From: Welwitschia mirabilis
Lineage: Eukaryota
DNA: 46,901 nt
Assembly: GCA_051453625.1 (NCBI GenBank)
Contig: JBOZIK010000001.1
Span: 11,405,124-11,452,024, forward strand
Direction: 5' to 3'
Of this stretch, positions 12,529 through 26,700 are shown piece by piece. The notes under the pieces are model-generated. The model was given only the letters and a program-made list of their open reading frames with translations, searched no databases and was not told the DNA's origin. The stretch's first letter is position 1; each line of letters opens with the position of its first letter. Position numbers and translations under genes: made by a program.

Positions 12529-12849
12529 AATCCTTTCTTCCCTAAATAAATACTAAAAATGTACTTTTATGATGGAATGTATTTTCTCATCCTCCAAAAT
12601 AAATATGACACATAATTTTCTATTAAATACTTATTAAGTCAACTTATAATTTGATAATCATTTTATTTATCTTAACAATTGAGTAAACTGATAGACTAAA
12701 TAAACTTTGAGGAAATGACATGCCTTTTTATTATCTAATTTTGGAAGCTTATTTTAGAGGTAGATTGAAAGTATTCTTTCCATCTTATTAGGGTTCCCTA
12801 AGTAATTTAGCATGGATTTATGATAATAGTACATTCTTACTCTTTGCTC

Positions 12850-15800
12850 ATTAACTTGGTAGGTTAGATTTTTGTCAAGATCAAATATTTCTATGGCTTC
12901 ATTTCCTAGGATATTTATTATTGTATAGGGTCAAGCCAATTTTATTCATATTTTTGTTTCAAATGGGGTTTCTTGGGATCATAAATTAATACAGAGTCTC
13001 TTATATTAATATTTATTTTTCTAATTTTGTTATCATGATATATTTTAGTTTTTTATTATATAAGTTCTTTATGTAGAAGAGATTCTTTTCTATTTTTATC
13101 TAAAATATTTATGTTTTTTATCCATTCTTTTTTAGCTGTGTCTAAATTATATTTTAATTTTTTAGCTAATTTAAATGTTTTTATTCTAAATTCAATTGGG
13201 AAAATAGCCTTTTTTTCCCATAGACTAACTCATAGGGAGTAAATCCTATAGTGTGTTTCCAAGTTATTCTATAAGCTCATAGAGCTTCCTTTATTTTATT
13301 AGCTCAATCATTGTTTTTAATTTTCTATAACCTTTGTTAATATTCTATTAAGTTCTCTATTAATTACTTTTGCTTAGCCATTGGATTGGGGGTGATAAGC
13401 AGTACAGAGTTTATGATGTATTCCAAACATTATTAAAAGTTTCTCAAAAATTTTACTAGTAAAGTGGATTCCTCTATCAGATATAAGACTTTAGGAGGCT
13501 TCAAACCAGTGGATGATATTCCTAAGAAAAAAGTTAACTACAGTTTGGGAAGAAAAATTAGTTACACCCTTAGCCTCAACTCAGTGAAGTAATCAACATA
13601 AACCAGAATGTGCTTTTTTCCAAAGGATGAGGGATTGATAGGTCCAACAAAATCTATTCCCCAAACATCAAAGAGTTCAATTGTTTGAATCCATTGTTGT
13701 GACATTTCTAACCTTTGGTTAAATGTGCCTTCTCTTTGACATTTACCACAGCTTCAGACATACTTGTTTGCATCTTTGAAGATGGTGGTTTAATAATATC
13801 TCATATGAAGGATCTTTATTTTAGTTCTTTTTGCATTGTAATGTCCTTCTCCTTCTCCTTCATGAGCTTCTTTTAAAATTTCCTCTTATAATTTCTCACC
13901 TTCATACCTTTTGATGACATGATCTTTGCATTCTTTAAATAACATTTTATCATGCTAAAAATAATCTCTAGATTTCTTTATTAATCTTTTTCTCTCATAA
14001 TAAGTCATAAAAGAGGATAATATTTTACTTAGAATAAAGTTAGCAATGTTAGCATATCATGGATTTATGGATACTTGAAAAAGATGCTCATCTAGGAATT
14101 CATTTCTAATGTTAATCTGCTCTTTATCTGAAAACTCTAACCTTGATAGGTGATCTACTACCATATTTTCTGTTTCCTTTCTATTAATTAGTTTTAAATC
14201 AAACTCTTGCATTAATAATATCCATCTTATAAGTCTCATGTTTGCTTCTTTTTTATTTATTAAAAATCTAATGGCATTATGGATCATATGAACTTTTTAC
14301 TTCATACCCTAATATATAATGTCTAAATTTCTCTAATGCCATTACTACTACTAGCATATCCTTCTCTATTATTGTATAATTTTGTTGAGCTGGTTTTAAT
14401 TTCTTACTTACACTTTCAATGACATAAGATTTGTTGTAATCATTATTTTGCTTTAAAACTACTCCCATAACATGCTTAGATACATCAATCATAATGTGGA
14501 ATGGTCTTGTCCAATTTGGCCCCTATAAAATAGGTGCTGATAAAAGTTTATCTTTTAGAGTTGGATATGCATGTTAACATTTGTTAGTCCAACTATATTT
14601 TACATCTTTCTGTAAGAGATTACTCAAAGGTTTAGCAATTTTACTAAAGTTGGATATGAATCTTATATAATATCTAAATGTCATAGAAAAGATCTTAACT
14701 CTTTCAGTTTGGTTGGGATGAAATATCTTTGATTTTCCATTCATTAGTTTCAATTTCTTTCTTAGATATTTCATATCCTAATACTATGACCTCTGTCATT
14801 ATAAGATGACTTTTGAACCAGCTAAATCTAAGGCATTTTTCTTTACATCTTTTCAAATATTTTTTCAATCTTTTAAGTGACTCTTTAGAATCTTTTCTGA
14901 ATGTTAAGAAATCATCTATACACATTTCGACTAATCTTCCTATCATGTCTTAAAAAATACTATTTACTAATCTCTATAAAAGCATTACATAGTCCAAAAG
15001 GAAGTACTTTATAAGCATAAGTATCTCAATGATAAGTGAAAGTTGTTTTGGCTTGATCTTCTAAGATTATAGGTACTTGATTGTAACTGCTATACCCATC
15101 TAGGAAGCTGTAGTACTAATGTTTAGATATTCTTTCTAAAACTTGATTAATAAATGGAAGTGAAAAATGATCTTTATAAATCACTGTATTTAGAATGCTA
15201 AAATATATACACACTCTTAATTCATTTCCTTTCTTTGGTACTATTGTTACAGGGCTAACCCATTCTGAATCAGATATGGGGTAGATAAATCCTACCTCTA
15301 AGAGTTTAAAAATTTTCTATTTAATTACCTCATGCATATGTGGGTTACACGTTCTCTCTAGTTGCCGACTTGGTTTAATAGAAGTATCTAAAGTATATTT
15401 TGTGTTGACAAACTATTAGATCTATTTCTTTGATATCAGTATGATGCCAAGCAAAAGCTCCTTTTCTTTTGATTAACATTCTTTTAAGTCTTCTCTTTTG
15501 AGAAAGAGTTAAACAACTATTTATAATCAAAGATTCATTAGAAGCTACCTTAATATACTCTAACCCTTCCTTCAGAGAAGGTTTTTCTATTTCTTTGGTT
15601 GCTAAATATTCTTCCTCACTTCTCCTCATTTTGTTTGTTTAACATTAGATCAACTTCCTGAGTTAAAATTGCATTGGTTCTTGCCTCGGTGTTCTATACC
15701 ATTTCTTCAACAATTACTACATCAGAAAGTTTTATTTCTTTTGTAAGATATCCAAGACTAATTTCCATTTTTCCTCTTCTAAAGTATATAGTAGCATCTG

Positions 15801-16053
15801 CAGTAGCCATCCACGGTCTTCCAAGAATTACTGCATGGGTATCTCCTTGAATTTTCATGATCAGTGAGTTTATTAAATAAATAAAACCTTGAAGTTCTAT
15901 ATGTGTATCCTTTAAAACTTCTTCCGGCATAACTGTTGAGCCATCTGCTAGGTAAGCTTTCCCTTGTTAAGGAATTAGTTTTGGTTTTCCTAATTCCTCA
16001 TAAGTTTCATAGGCCATCACATTAATACTTGCTCTAAGATCTACAAGTGCTTT
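12850..16053 (-). pseudogene. pol: Family-A pol pseudogene: protease, RT, RNase H, integrase
   Basis: AP region VILGRPWMATADA. RT motifs FLDGYSSYNQV, KVLPFGLCNA and EMCIDDFLTF. RH motifs IDVSKHVMGVVL, NYTIIEKDMLVVV and ENMVVDHLSRL. INT motif FDVWGIDFVGP. The RT-RH-INT order identifies Ty3/gypsy. Many stops and frameshifts. Confidence 0.92.
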
Positions 16054-16153
16054 NNNNNNNNNNNNNNNNNNNNNNNNNNNNNNNNNNNNNNNNNNNNNNN
16101 NNNNNNNNNNNNNNNNNNNNNNNNNNNNNNNNNNNNNNNNNNNNNNNNNNNNN

Positions 16154-18136
16154 CCTACCTCTAAGAGTTTAAAATTTCCTATTTAATTACTTCCTTTATA
16201 TATGAATTATACCTCATCTCTGATTGTCAACTTGGTTTAATAGAAGTATCTAAATAGATTCTATGTTGACAAATTTTGGATCTATTCTTTGGATATCATT
16301 ATAATCCCAAGAAAAAGCTTCTTTTGTTTTGATTAACATTCTTCTAAGTCTTTTTTTCTAAGAATGAGTTAAACAACTATTTATGATCAACGGTTTATTA
16401 GGAGCTACCTCAATATACTCTAACCCTTTCTTAAGAGGAGGTTTTTCTATTTCTTTGATTATCAAATCTTCTTCTTCATATTTCTCTTCATTTTATTTAT
16501 TTAACATTAGATTAACTTCCTAAGTTAAAATTGCATTAGTTTTTGCCTTTGGTGTTCTGTACCATTTCTTAAACAACCATTACATTAGAAAGTTTAATTT
16601 CTTTTTTAAGATCTCTAAGACTAATTTTCATTAACCTTCTTCTAGAGTAGATAGTAGCATCTACAATAGCCATCCATGGTCTTTCAAGAATTACTGCGTG
16701 GGTATCTCCTTAATTTTTCGTGACCAGTGAGTTTATTAAATAAATAATACTTTCAAGTTCTATACGTATATTCTTTAAAACTCCTTCTGGCATCACTACT
16801 GAGCCACCTGCTAGGTATAGTTTCCCTTAATAAGGCATTAGTTTTGATTTTCCGAGTTCCTTATAAGTTTCATAGGCCATCACATTAATACTTACTCCAA
16901 GATCTACAAGTGCTTCAACTTTGAGTTTCCTGGCTGTTTTTACATCAATCATAGGTGTTTTGGAATACACTATAATTTTCATATTGGATGTTTTGAAGAA
17001 CTTATGTGGAAGCCTAAAAACCTTGATTTTCCTTACCATTTCAATTTGTTTTTCTTTCTTATTCTCCTTTTTACTTTTTTGTTTTGAGCACTTACTCTTC
17101 ATTTTCTTCTAATACATAGGTACATCTTTTAATAATTTTAAGAGAGGTATTATTATCTTTATGTCTTTTAATATCCTAGTTAAGTATTCTACATATTTTT
17201 TAACTTTTGGATGTTCTATTTGTTTACTTCTCATAGGAAAGCATAAAGAATCTAATGAGGTATTATTCATAATTTTTCTTTCAGTCTCTTCCTCTTCTTT
17301 ATCTAGGCTGTTAATTAAATTCACATTCTTTTTCTATGATTCATATGTCACTTTCTGTTTTTCCAGATCTAGTATGTATTACTTCATTTGTTGCCTTTCT
17401 AGGATTTGGTTAGGGTTGAACAGGAGTTTTTCCTTCTTTCTTTTCGATTTTTAATTTTCTCTTGGTCTTTGGAATCTCTATTTTTCTAATTTCTATAATA
17501 ATCATATTACTATCACCTCTTTGAGTTTACATACCTTTTGTTAATGTCTTTCCACTTTTCCTTTCCATCTTCTACTTTGGTAAGGGTATGGTTTCTTCCC
17601 AATTTGGGGTTGATTTCCAGAATTAAAATCTAATCTATTAATATCTAATCACTGAACAAATTCTTGCATCTAAGGGCGTTCTGTCTCATCATGGTTATCT
17701 TCTCTATAGTGTTCACATGCAGGTTCTTCTTCCTCTTTAAAATGTTGCACAATTAACTTATCAAACTTTTCTACCATACTGTTAGTCACTTTTTTAGCTA
17801 TTTCTTCTATAATACTGATATGTTTTGATCTATATATACTACCATCTATTTTTGGGGTGCATACCTCATTTGTTTTCTTATTCTTCTCATTTTCTTAACC
17901 CCATCCTTGGCTTATATTGTAAAATTGCATAATGGCTTCTCCCACTTCTTGAACATTCTTAGTTTTAATGCTTTCTCTACATAACAAATCTAATTATTTC
18001 AATGTTTGACTCTATAATCTTGTAAGTAAGGATCTGACTTATTTCTTAGCTGCGATTCCATGGTTAGGACATATGACTAGTAATATGTTGTACCTATTTA
18101 TGACCTCATCAAACCTTTCATTATTTCTTTGTTTAC
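16154..18136 (-). pseudogene. gag: Family-A gag C-terminal part, protease (EALVDLGVSINVM) and RT start; 16154-16915 is a diverged duplicate of 15290-16053
   Basis: KQRNNERFDEVINRYNILLVICPNHG is the Athila-type gag motif. IKIIIPLLKLLKDVPMY and the DLG protease motif follow. Confidence 0.85.
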
Positions 18137-19630
18137 TATTTTAGTATGTATTTATGCAATATTTACATCTTGAGTAGAATCCTATTAATCACAAATAATA
18201 ATGCATAAATACAACACACTACTATATATGGAAGTGATCTGACTGTCATAATCCATCAAAGGCCAAAGTAAGAAATAAGAGAGTTGATTTCAAAGAGAAA
18301 TACTTGTATCTTAATCTACAGAAATAACTTACAATGCATAAAAGTAAAATAAAACACACTTGTGCAAAGCTAATCTAGGAAAAGGAAACAACAATGCACT
18401 TAACCTAAACTAACCAAGCACAACCTTGACAAAGGTTGCCCTCATAACCTATATCANNNNNNNNNNNNNNNNNNNNNNNNNNNNNNNNNNNNNNNNNNNN
18501 NNNNNNNNNNNNNNNNNNNNNNNNNNNNNNNNNNNNNNNNNNNNNNNNNNNNNNNNNNNNNNNNNNNNNNNNNNNNNNNNNNNNNNNNNNNNNNNNNNNN
18601 NNNNNNNNNNNNNNNNNNNNNNNNNNNNNNNNNNNNNNNNNNNNNNNNNNNNNNNNNNNNNNNNNNNNNNNNNNNNNNNNNNNNNNNNNNNNNNNNNNNN
18701 NNNNNNNNNNNNNNNNNNNNNNNNNNNNNNNNNNNNNNNNNNNNNNNNNNNNNNNNNNNNNNNNNNNNNNNNNNNNNNNNNNNNNNNNNNNNNNNNNNNN
18801 NNNNNNNNNNNNNNNNNNNNNNNNNNNNNNNNNNNNNNNNNNNNNNNNNNNNNNNNNNNNNNNNNNNNNNNNNNNNNNNNNNNNNNNNNNNNNNNNNNNN
18901 NNNNNNNNNNNAATTACACATTAAAAGAATAAAAGAAAAGGTTTTGTATTAATAATTGAATTACATCCATATTACAAAATAGCCATATCTGAATGAAGAA
19001 AATGCCACCCAACACTAAGAAGATGTCTCTCTAGAACTACAGGATGGATCTCTAGCCCTTTAATCTTCTATCACAAGAATTTTAGGTGTAACTAAAGACA
19101 AGTAGGAGTCAAGGACGAGATCTCTATTTATTGAATCAACATACAACAATAAAGACAAAAAGGCACAAGTAAAACTATAACAGCTATGTAAGAAAAAATG
19201 GAAAATACAAGTGGCAGAATTTTGGTAAATGTTCAGTATAGACATCATAACTATGTCATCTGGTTGGTCGTCTAGATGATAGAGGAGACGATGCCACCTC
19301 ATAATCAATCCACATTAGCTTACTAGATAGACTTCAGCCAACATCCAGTTGGCACGATCGTCCATACAGTTGTCAGGATGATTAGGTGGAAAATGACCTT
19401 TAATAATTCTTTAATTATTGCATTAGCCTCAATGTTTGCAGGAAGTTATTTTTAGAAATGTAAAGTATTCATATTTGTTTAGAATGCTGTAAATTATCAT
19501 GAAGATTGCATATTTCTATTCTTTTCATCCTATCTTTTCATTATCATAGAAATAAAGCACTTACCTGTCTACTTATTCATAAAACAACTTAAAATACCCT
19601 ATCAAATATGCTTAAGTTGACAGTGCACTA
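18137..19630 (-). mobile_element. Element B 3' LTR (contains the gap at 18457-18910)
   Basis: Aligns with 40695-41786 on both sides of the gap. A PPT (AAGTGAAGGGCTA on -) lies at 19631-19643. The left flank is TTTAC. Confidence 0.9.
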
Positions 19631-20160
19631 TAGCCCTTCACTTAGCCTTGTTAGCCTCTGACAAAACTAGGTGGTAAATCATATTTGTAAGTTAACTTCT
19701 TAGATAATAAAACAACTAGGATACCTAAGGAATTTATCTCAGAAAGATTTGCAGAAATTACAGAGATATAAACTGAATTTTGAAAAATTAGAAAAAAATA
19801 AACAAATACCTACTAGAGGCTTTGGACAGTCGATCGTCTAGGTTGTTGTCCAGATGATGGAGGGAATGATAGGCTCAGAAAAAAGTTTTAAATTCTAGAA
19901 CTTGTGATAGAACTTTTATTTTTATAGATAATTAGTCAAATGTAATAAATACCCCCCCACTGAAATAAATAGTCATGAAAAAAATTTACCCAAGTATAAA
20001 TAAATCCTCATTATAAAAAATCAAAAGATAATCACGTAAAATCAGAGAAAATGAATACACTATACTAGAAAAATGATATGTTTATATAATATCAAAAGAG
20101 AGTTTTCAGTACAAAAAGTATAGAAGGGGAGATACAAAATATAATACAAAATCACTCCTC

Positions 20161-21382
20161 TCATTTACGCATAATGACCTAGGGCTTAACAGCTAGCTTA
20201 GGAGTAGGGGGAGAAGAAGGAGGATGCTTAGAATCCACAGGGAAACGAACATCTAGAGATGTGGAGATGGATCTAACTATCTTGTTACCCTGGATACGAA
20301 CCACCTCAGGAATATTTACAATTACACTTTACTAAATTGAGATAATATGCTAGTGCATGTCAACCATCTGGTCCTCAGTGTGCTATACTCTCCTCTCAAT
20401 GGATAAGATCCACTGCTCAATTGTCTACTTAAAAGTCTGGATCCTCTGATCAAGTTCCTGGATACCTCTATCCACAAAACCTCTAAGTATTTGGGTGGTT
20501 TTAGCCAGAGGAGTTGAATCTACTCTTAAGTAGCTTCAACCATAGGTCTTTATACCTGAGATCTCTCTACTTCTCCTAAAACATTTATACCCATGTCTTA
20601 TAGATAGCGAGCAGATGTCTGAATGTGTGAAATGNNNNNNNNNNNNNNNNNNNNNNNNNNNNNNNNNNNNNNNNNNNNNNNNNNNNNNNNNNNNNNNNNN
20701 NNNNNNNNNNNNNNNNNNNNNNNNNNNNNNNNNNNNNNNNNNNNCCTTTAGATAAAAGTCGATAAGTCCATTTGCTTCCTTGTCGAAAAGCCACCAAAAT
20801 ATGAAGATGCACCACCATGCATAACTATCATGAAATGATAGACTGATGTTATGAATCAGTCCTTTGTGCAATACTCTGTAAGTGGGTATCAACTGGGTAA
20901 CATTTATCCACCATCGATTAGTCATCAAGTCAGCTGATATATCTAAAATGGTGCCATAGGCTCGATGCTCTTCTATTCCACTAGCTGAATGAATGTGCAT
21001 GTTCCCAAACCCTCTAAGATCTATGAGAACTGTAATGTAAGATGGGATATGGCTATCTTGTAGTCTCATGTAAAGGTGACAATCATATCCTGAAGCTGAC
21101 CATGAGTGTCAGGTCGCCTCTCTATGTGCATGGTATCATAGGACTCTCTCATCTCCTATGGATAATAAGACCCATATGCATCTATGATCCAAAGAAGCCA
21201 TAAGTTTGTCAGTATTTGATCTACATCAGGCTTTATCTACCTCACGAAGTTACCAAAATATCGCTCGACATGGATGCTAGCAGTCTATATGTTCAAAGAA
21301 TAACCATGTCAAGGGGTGGATGTGCAGGCTCCGAATGCTCAATCTTTGTCTCTACCAAAGGGCTTGCCTCCTAATCTAAAAC
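20161..21382 (-). pseudogene. Env-like / Athila ORF2-type accessory ORF of element B (decayed)
   Basis: LWIIDAYGSYYP*EMRESYDTMH, then VTQLIPTYRVLHKGLIHNISLSFH (ORF 20536-21069), a coiled-coil-like GIQELDQRIQTF..IEQWILSIERRV and a Pro-rich tail PPSSPPTP ending in TGA at 20161. It lies between pol and the PPT. Confidence 0.65.
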
Positions 21383-23247
21383 CTATGATTTATGAAAAAA
21401 TAAGTGAAAAATGTGAAATTTTCAAAACACCTTGTAATATGTGAATTTGCNNNNNNNNNNNNNNNNNNNNNNNNNNNNNNNNNNNNNNNNNNNNNNNNNN
21501 NNNNNNNNNNNNNNNNNNNNNNNNNNNNNNNNNNNNNNNNNNNNNNNNNNNNNNNNNNNNNNNNNNNNNNNNNNNNNNNNNNNNNNNNNNNNNNNNNNNN
21601 NNNNNNNNNNNNNNNNNNNNNNNNNNNNNNNNNNNNNNNNNNNNNNNNNNNNNNNNNNNNNNNNNNNNNNNNNNNNNNNNNNNNNNNNNNNNNNNNNNNN
21701 NNNNNNNNNNNNNNNNNNNNNNNNNNNNNNNNNNNNNNNNNNNNNNNNNNNNNNNNNNNNNNNNNNNNNNNNNNNNNNNNNNNNNNNNNNNNNNNNNNNN
21801 NNNNNNNNNNNNNNNNNNNNNNNNNNNNNNNNNNNNNNNNNNNNNNNNNNNNNNNNNNNNNNNNNNNNNNNNNNNNNNNNNNNNNNNNNNNNNNNNNNNN
21901 NNNNNNNNNNNNNNNNNNNNNNNNNNNNNNNNNNNNNNNNNNNNNNNNNNNNNNNNNNNNNNNNNNNNNNNNNNNNNNNNNNNNNNNNNNNNNNNNNNNN
22001 NNNNNNNNNNNNNNNNNNNNNNNNNNNNNNNNNNNNNNNNNNNNNNNNNNNNNNNNNNNNNNNNNNNNNNNNNNNNNNNNNNNNNNNNNNNNNNNATATA
22101 CATGAAAACTGCATTCAAAAGGCTAAAAAATGAGAGGAAAAAAATGAAAAATAGGAGGAGAGAGAAACATACCTCATTTTTGCCAATCTAGTGAAAACTT
22201 GCAAATTTGGTAATGAAATTAAGTAGGACAAGATGTGGAATGTTGGTGCTCATCAAAGAGGATGTCATCTCTTGAAAGAATGGAGGAAAACGATAAGAAA
22301 ATGAGAGAAAATGAGGAAAAAATATCTAGGGTACGGTTTTATCACATGTTCGTCTAATCAAGCCATCCACACAATAGACAACTTTGAGAAAAAATCAGAT
22401 CATCGTCTACCCAGTGTTGTCTGGATGACCAAGTGGATGATGGAGCATGAAAAAGATTTTCAAAACAAAAAGATCAGTCAGAAAAGTTAGGCTCAGATAT
22501 GATCATTTAAGTAGCAGTTCTGAAAAGAAAAACTCAAAAAGATAGAAAATCAAAGAAAAAAGACAAACACACAAGAAAGGAAAAACTATGGCTAAACAAA
22601 ATAGACTATTAAGGTTGAAATCTATAAGAAAACTAAATGAATTTAGCCAAATAAAAATTGAAAGCATGATAAACTTAAAACTCCATAAGCTACAAGGGAA
22701 CTTATAAAAACTCAAAATGGAAAAGATGTTCTTTTAAAATTTTTCAAATGCTTTTTGGAAAAATGATTTAACATGAACTAATAGCAAGAAAACTATTAAA
22801 TGACTAAGGTTTTATAAAAGAATAAGAAAATGCAGAAATGATTTTGAAATCCTAAACTCAAAAAAGGAAGAAAAATAAAGTGAATAATGGATACAAAGAA
22901 CAAGGAAAAGATTGTTTACCTATCCTAAGTATTAATCTAGCAAACTCCCAAGGAAAACATTATAACATCGCTTGAGTAAATATGCATGAAAAAATGTATA
23001 TACTTTACAAAGTTTACTTGAAAAGGCAGTAATTATGATAATAGTCAAAGCTTTAAGTGTATAGAACAATGGATGTCAAAATTAAAAGTTACTTAGAAAT
23101 GAACTCACCTGCTCTCATCCCTACAAACTCATCTGAATCTTCAAAAGTGAAATGACCAAGTAGGAATACTAAAAGTCTAGAAAATAAGCAATGCCTCTAA
23201 TAACACAAAGAAAACCACTAATTCCTAATCTAAAAGTTTATTTTTTT

Positions 23248-23392
23248 CCATAATGAGGGAAGTGCAACCACTGTTAGAGGAGTGGGGACTCGTGAAGCAT
23301 GGTCAACTGACCCCCTAGTAGAGTTTCCATAGTTACCAATACTGCTAAAGGTTCCTTTCAGAATTATTTACCCTAGTGTGGCAGAACATCAT
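23248..23392 (-). other. Conserved post-pol non-coding block, copy in element B
   Basis: Homologous to 12343-12528 and 33888-34042. Confidence 0.8.
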
Positions 23393-23799
23393 AGTGATCA
23401 TGTATTTTTTTCCCTAAAGCACAAAATATAATAGCTCATGGTTATTATTTCTGTCTCTCTTTCTTCTTTTTTTTTTTTGTAAATTTCCACATGATCACAC
23501 ACTCAAAAAAGATGAAGGTAAATGAGTGAGATAAAATATAGAAAATAACACTTCCAAATAATCTAAGACTTTAATACCATTAGGAAAAAACATAAGAAAC
23601 TAAGGCATCTTCCTTTAAATAAAATCCATAGACATGGGAATGTCCCAAAATTAGGTGAATCTAATATTACCACCTATAAATGCCCAAGTATAAAACTAGT
23701 CATAAAACTTCATAAACTAAAACACAAGTCAAGTTTAAAAGATGATAAAGTAACATCATAATCTCAATTAAAGGAGTAGGATAAGAAAGAACTCAGACA

Positions 23800-26700
23800 A
23801 TGATAGGAAGGAAGTCCTTCTCATCGAGGAAAACCTCCAAAATGTGCGCTTCTACCATGTTCACAGTTGCATCTAAAAATCCTTCATATAATTTTAACAG
23901 TTACCCATTAACCTTCTGAATCTCTCTAGTTTCTAAGTCTACAATTTTAACTGAGCCATTAAGATGCACTTTTCTTACAAGATAAGAACCTAACCATTTT
24001 AGAGTTTAACTTATTATTAAAAATATGAACTCTAGTCTTATATAATAAAATAGGTTAACTGGGTTCAAATTTTTTATGAAAAATATTTTTATCATGTTTG
24101 AACTTTGCTTGGGATTTATGAATTAATTGACCATGTAAGATACAATTTCTTTTTTTGTCAAGATGATTTAATTAGACTAATCTATATTTAAGGTTTTCAT
24201 GAAAATCCATAATATTTAGTTGATGAGATGCACGATAAGAATTATAACACACATCAATTTGTAACACACAGACTTTACTATATACAAGTTCATAAGAAGA
24301 AAAACCAAGATAAGTATGCTAAGTAGTACAATAAGCCTAAAGTGCATCATTAAGTTTGGAAGCCCAAGAATTTTTGTTAATAGAAACAAGATTTTGTAGC
24401 ATTTTTTTTATTTCTCTATTGGCATTTTTAGCCTGTTCATTAGTTTGAAGATGATAAGCATAAGCTACTCTATGTTCTATACTATTGGGTAAAAGAAGTT
24501 TCTTAAAAATTTGATTAATGAAATGAGTATCCTAATCACCAATGATAACTCTTATAAAACCAAATCTCTAGAAGATATGAGTTCTAAAAAAATAACAGAC
24601 AGTTCGGGCATCATTCAAAGACGTAGGTATGTCTTTAACCCATTTAGTCACGTAAGCTATAGTAACTAAAATGTAATTTTTATTAGAAGAAGGTAGATGA
24701 ATAGGGCCTATGAAATCAATACCCCATAATCAAAAGGCTCACACTCAAGAATAGGTCTAAGGGGCATTTCTTATAAATGAACAAGGCTACCATAACATTG
24801 ACAAGAATCACATCTTCTAGCAAAATTAAAAGAATCATGAAAAAGAGAAGGCTAATAAAAACTAGAATGGAGGATTCTCATCGCAATTTTATGTCCACTA
24901 AAATATCTTTCTCAAATATCACTATGACAAAGATGAAGGATCTCAGGTATCTCCTAATCAAGCACACATTTTCTCATGACTTAGTTACTTATCCTATGGA
25001 GAAAATATTTGTGTTGGTTATAGGTCCAGTGTTATTGTGTTTTCATGGTTACACTATAATTCATAATATCTTCATACCAAAGAGGAGGATGAAAAGAAGA
25101 AACAGTGAAAAGATGCTCATTAAGAAATAAATCATTAATGATAGTATTATCTAGAGAAGAAGGAAGTCGAGATAAGTAATCAGCAATACAGTAATGCTTT
25201 CCTGCTTTATCTGTGATGGTCAAGTTAAACTCTTACATAAGAAAGATCCATCTAATTAAACATGTACGAGAATCTTTATTAGTTATGAGGTAATAAATGA
25301 CAGCATGATCAATGTAAACATTAGAATGAAAGCCCAAAAGATAATGTCTAAGAGAATCAAGGCAAAAGATAATGTCTAGCATCTCTTTCTCTATAGTGGT
25401 ATAGTCCANNNNNNNNNNNNNNNNNNNNNNNNNNNNNNNNNNNNNNNNNNNNNNNNNNNNNNNNNNNNNNNNNNNNNNNNNNNNNNNNNNNNNNNNNNNN
25501 NNNNNNNNACAGCATGATCAATGTAAACATTAGAATGAAAGCCCAACAGATAATGTCTAAGAGAATCAAGGCAAAAGATAATGTCTAGCATCTCTTTCTC
25601 TATAATGGTATAGTTCATTTGAGCTCTAGACAAAGATTTGCTATGGTAAGATACAGTTTTAAAATCATTAACATATTTCTGACAAAGAACACCACTCATG
25701 GCAAAGTTACTTGCATCACACATAACCTCAAAATTAAGTTCTCGATTGGGTCCTGTTACTATAGGAGTATAAGACAATTTATGTTTAAGCCTATCGAAAG
25801 CAAGTTGACAAGATTCATTCCATTCGAATTTGGCTTCTTTTTCTAGTAATAAGTGAAGAGTTTACAAATAGTCACATAATCATAAATGAATTGATAATAA
25901 AAACCACAATGACCAAGAAAATATCAAATCTATTTAATATTTATAAGATAACTTAGGTTTTGAATACTAGTAATTTTAGAAGTATCCATCCTAATCTCCT
26001 CCCAAGAAATATGATGACCTAAAATAATGCCACTTTCTATAAGGAAAAGGCTCCTTTCCTAACTGAAGTGGAGGCCATTAGAAATGCAACGGTCTAAGAC
26101 TTTCTCTAAATGATTTAAGATTTGTTCAAAAGTTTTAGCATAAATAGAGAAGTAATTTATGAAAATCTCAATGAAATTCTCAAGAATATCAAAAAATATA
26201 CCCATCATATCACACTGAAAAGTATCAGGAGAATTACAGAGTCCAAAAGGCATGCATTAAAAGCAAAATTAACAAAAGAAGAAGTGAAAGTGGTTTTGGC
26301 TTGGTCCTCATTAGCAATGAAAACCTGGTTATAACCACTATAACCATCAAAGAAACAGTAAAAAGCATGACCCTAAATCCTATCAAGAATCTGATCAAGA
26401 AAAGGCAAATGATAGTAGTATTTTTCAGTTACTTCATTTAGTCTTTAAAAGTTTATGCACATTCGCCATTTTCCACTCTTTTTTGAAACTATTATTAAGA
26501 GGCTAATCCACTCATTATTAACAATGAAAGAAATGATTTTAGCATTCATTAGTTTTATGATTTCATCTTTCACAATTTGTTTAAGGTTTGAATTTAGTCT
26601 ACATTGGGGTTACCTTACAGGTTTAGTATTTNNNNNNNNNNGGTAGATCTTATATTGCACAATAAAAATGGGTATGATTGTCAAGTCATTATGGGACTAA

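Noticed and set aside
25300..25615. ~105-bp direct repeat in RNase H
   Set aside because: Near-identical copies flank a 100-N gap, typical of an unmerged contig overlap.
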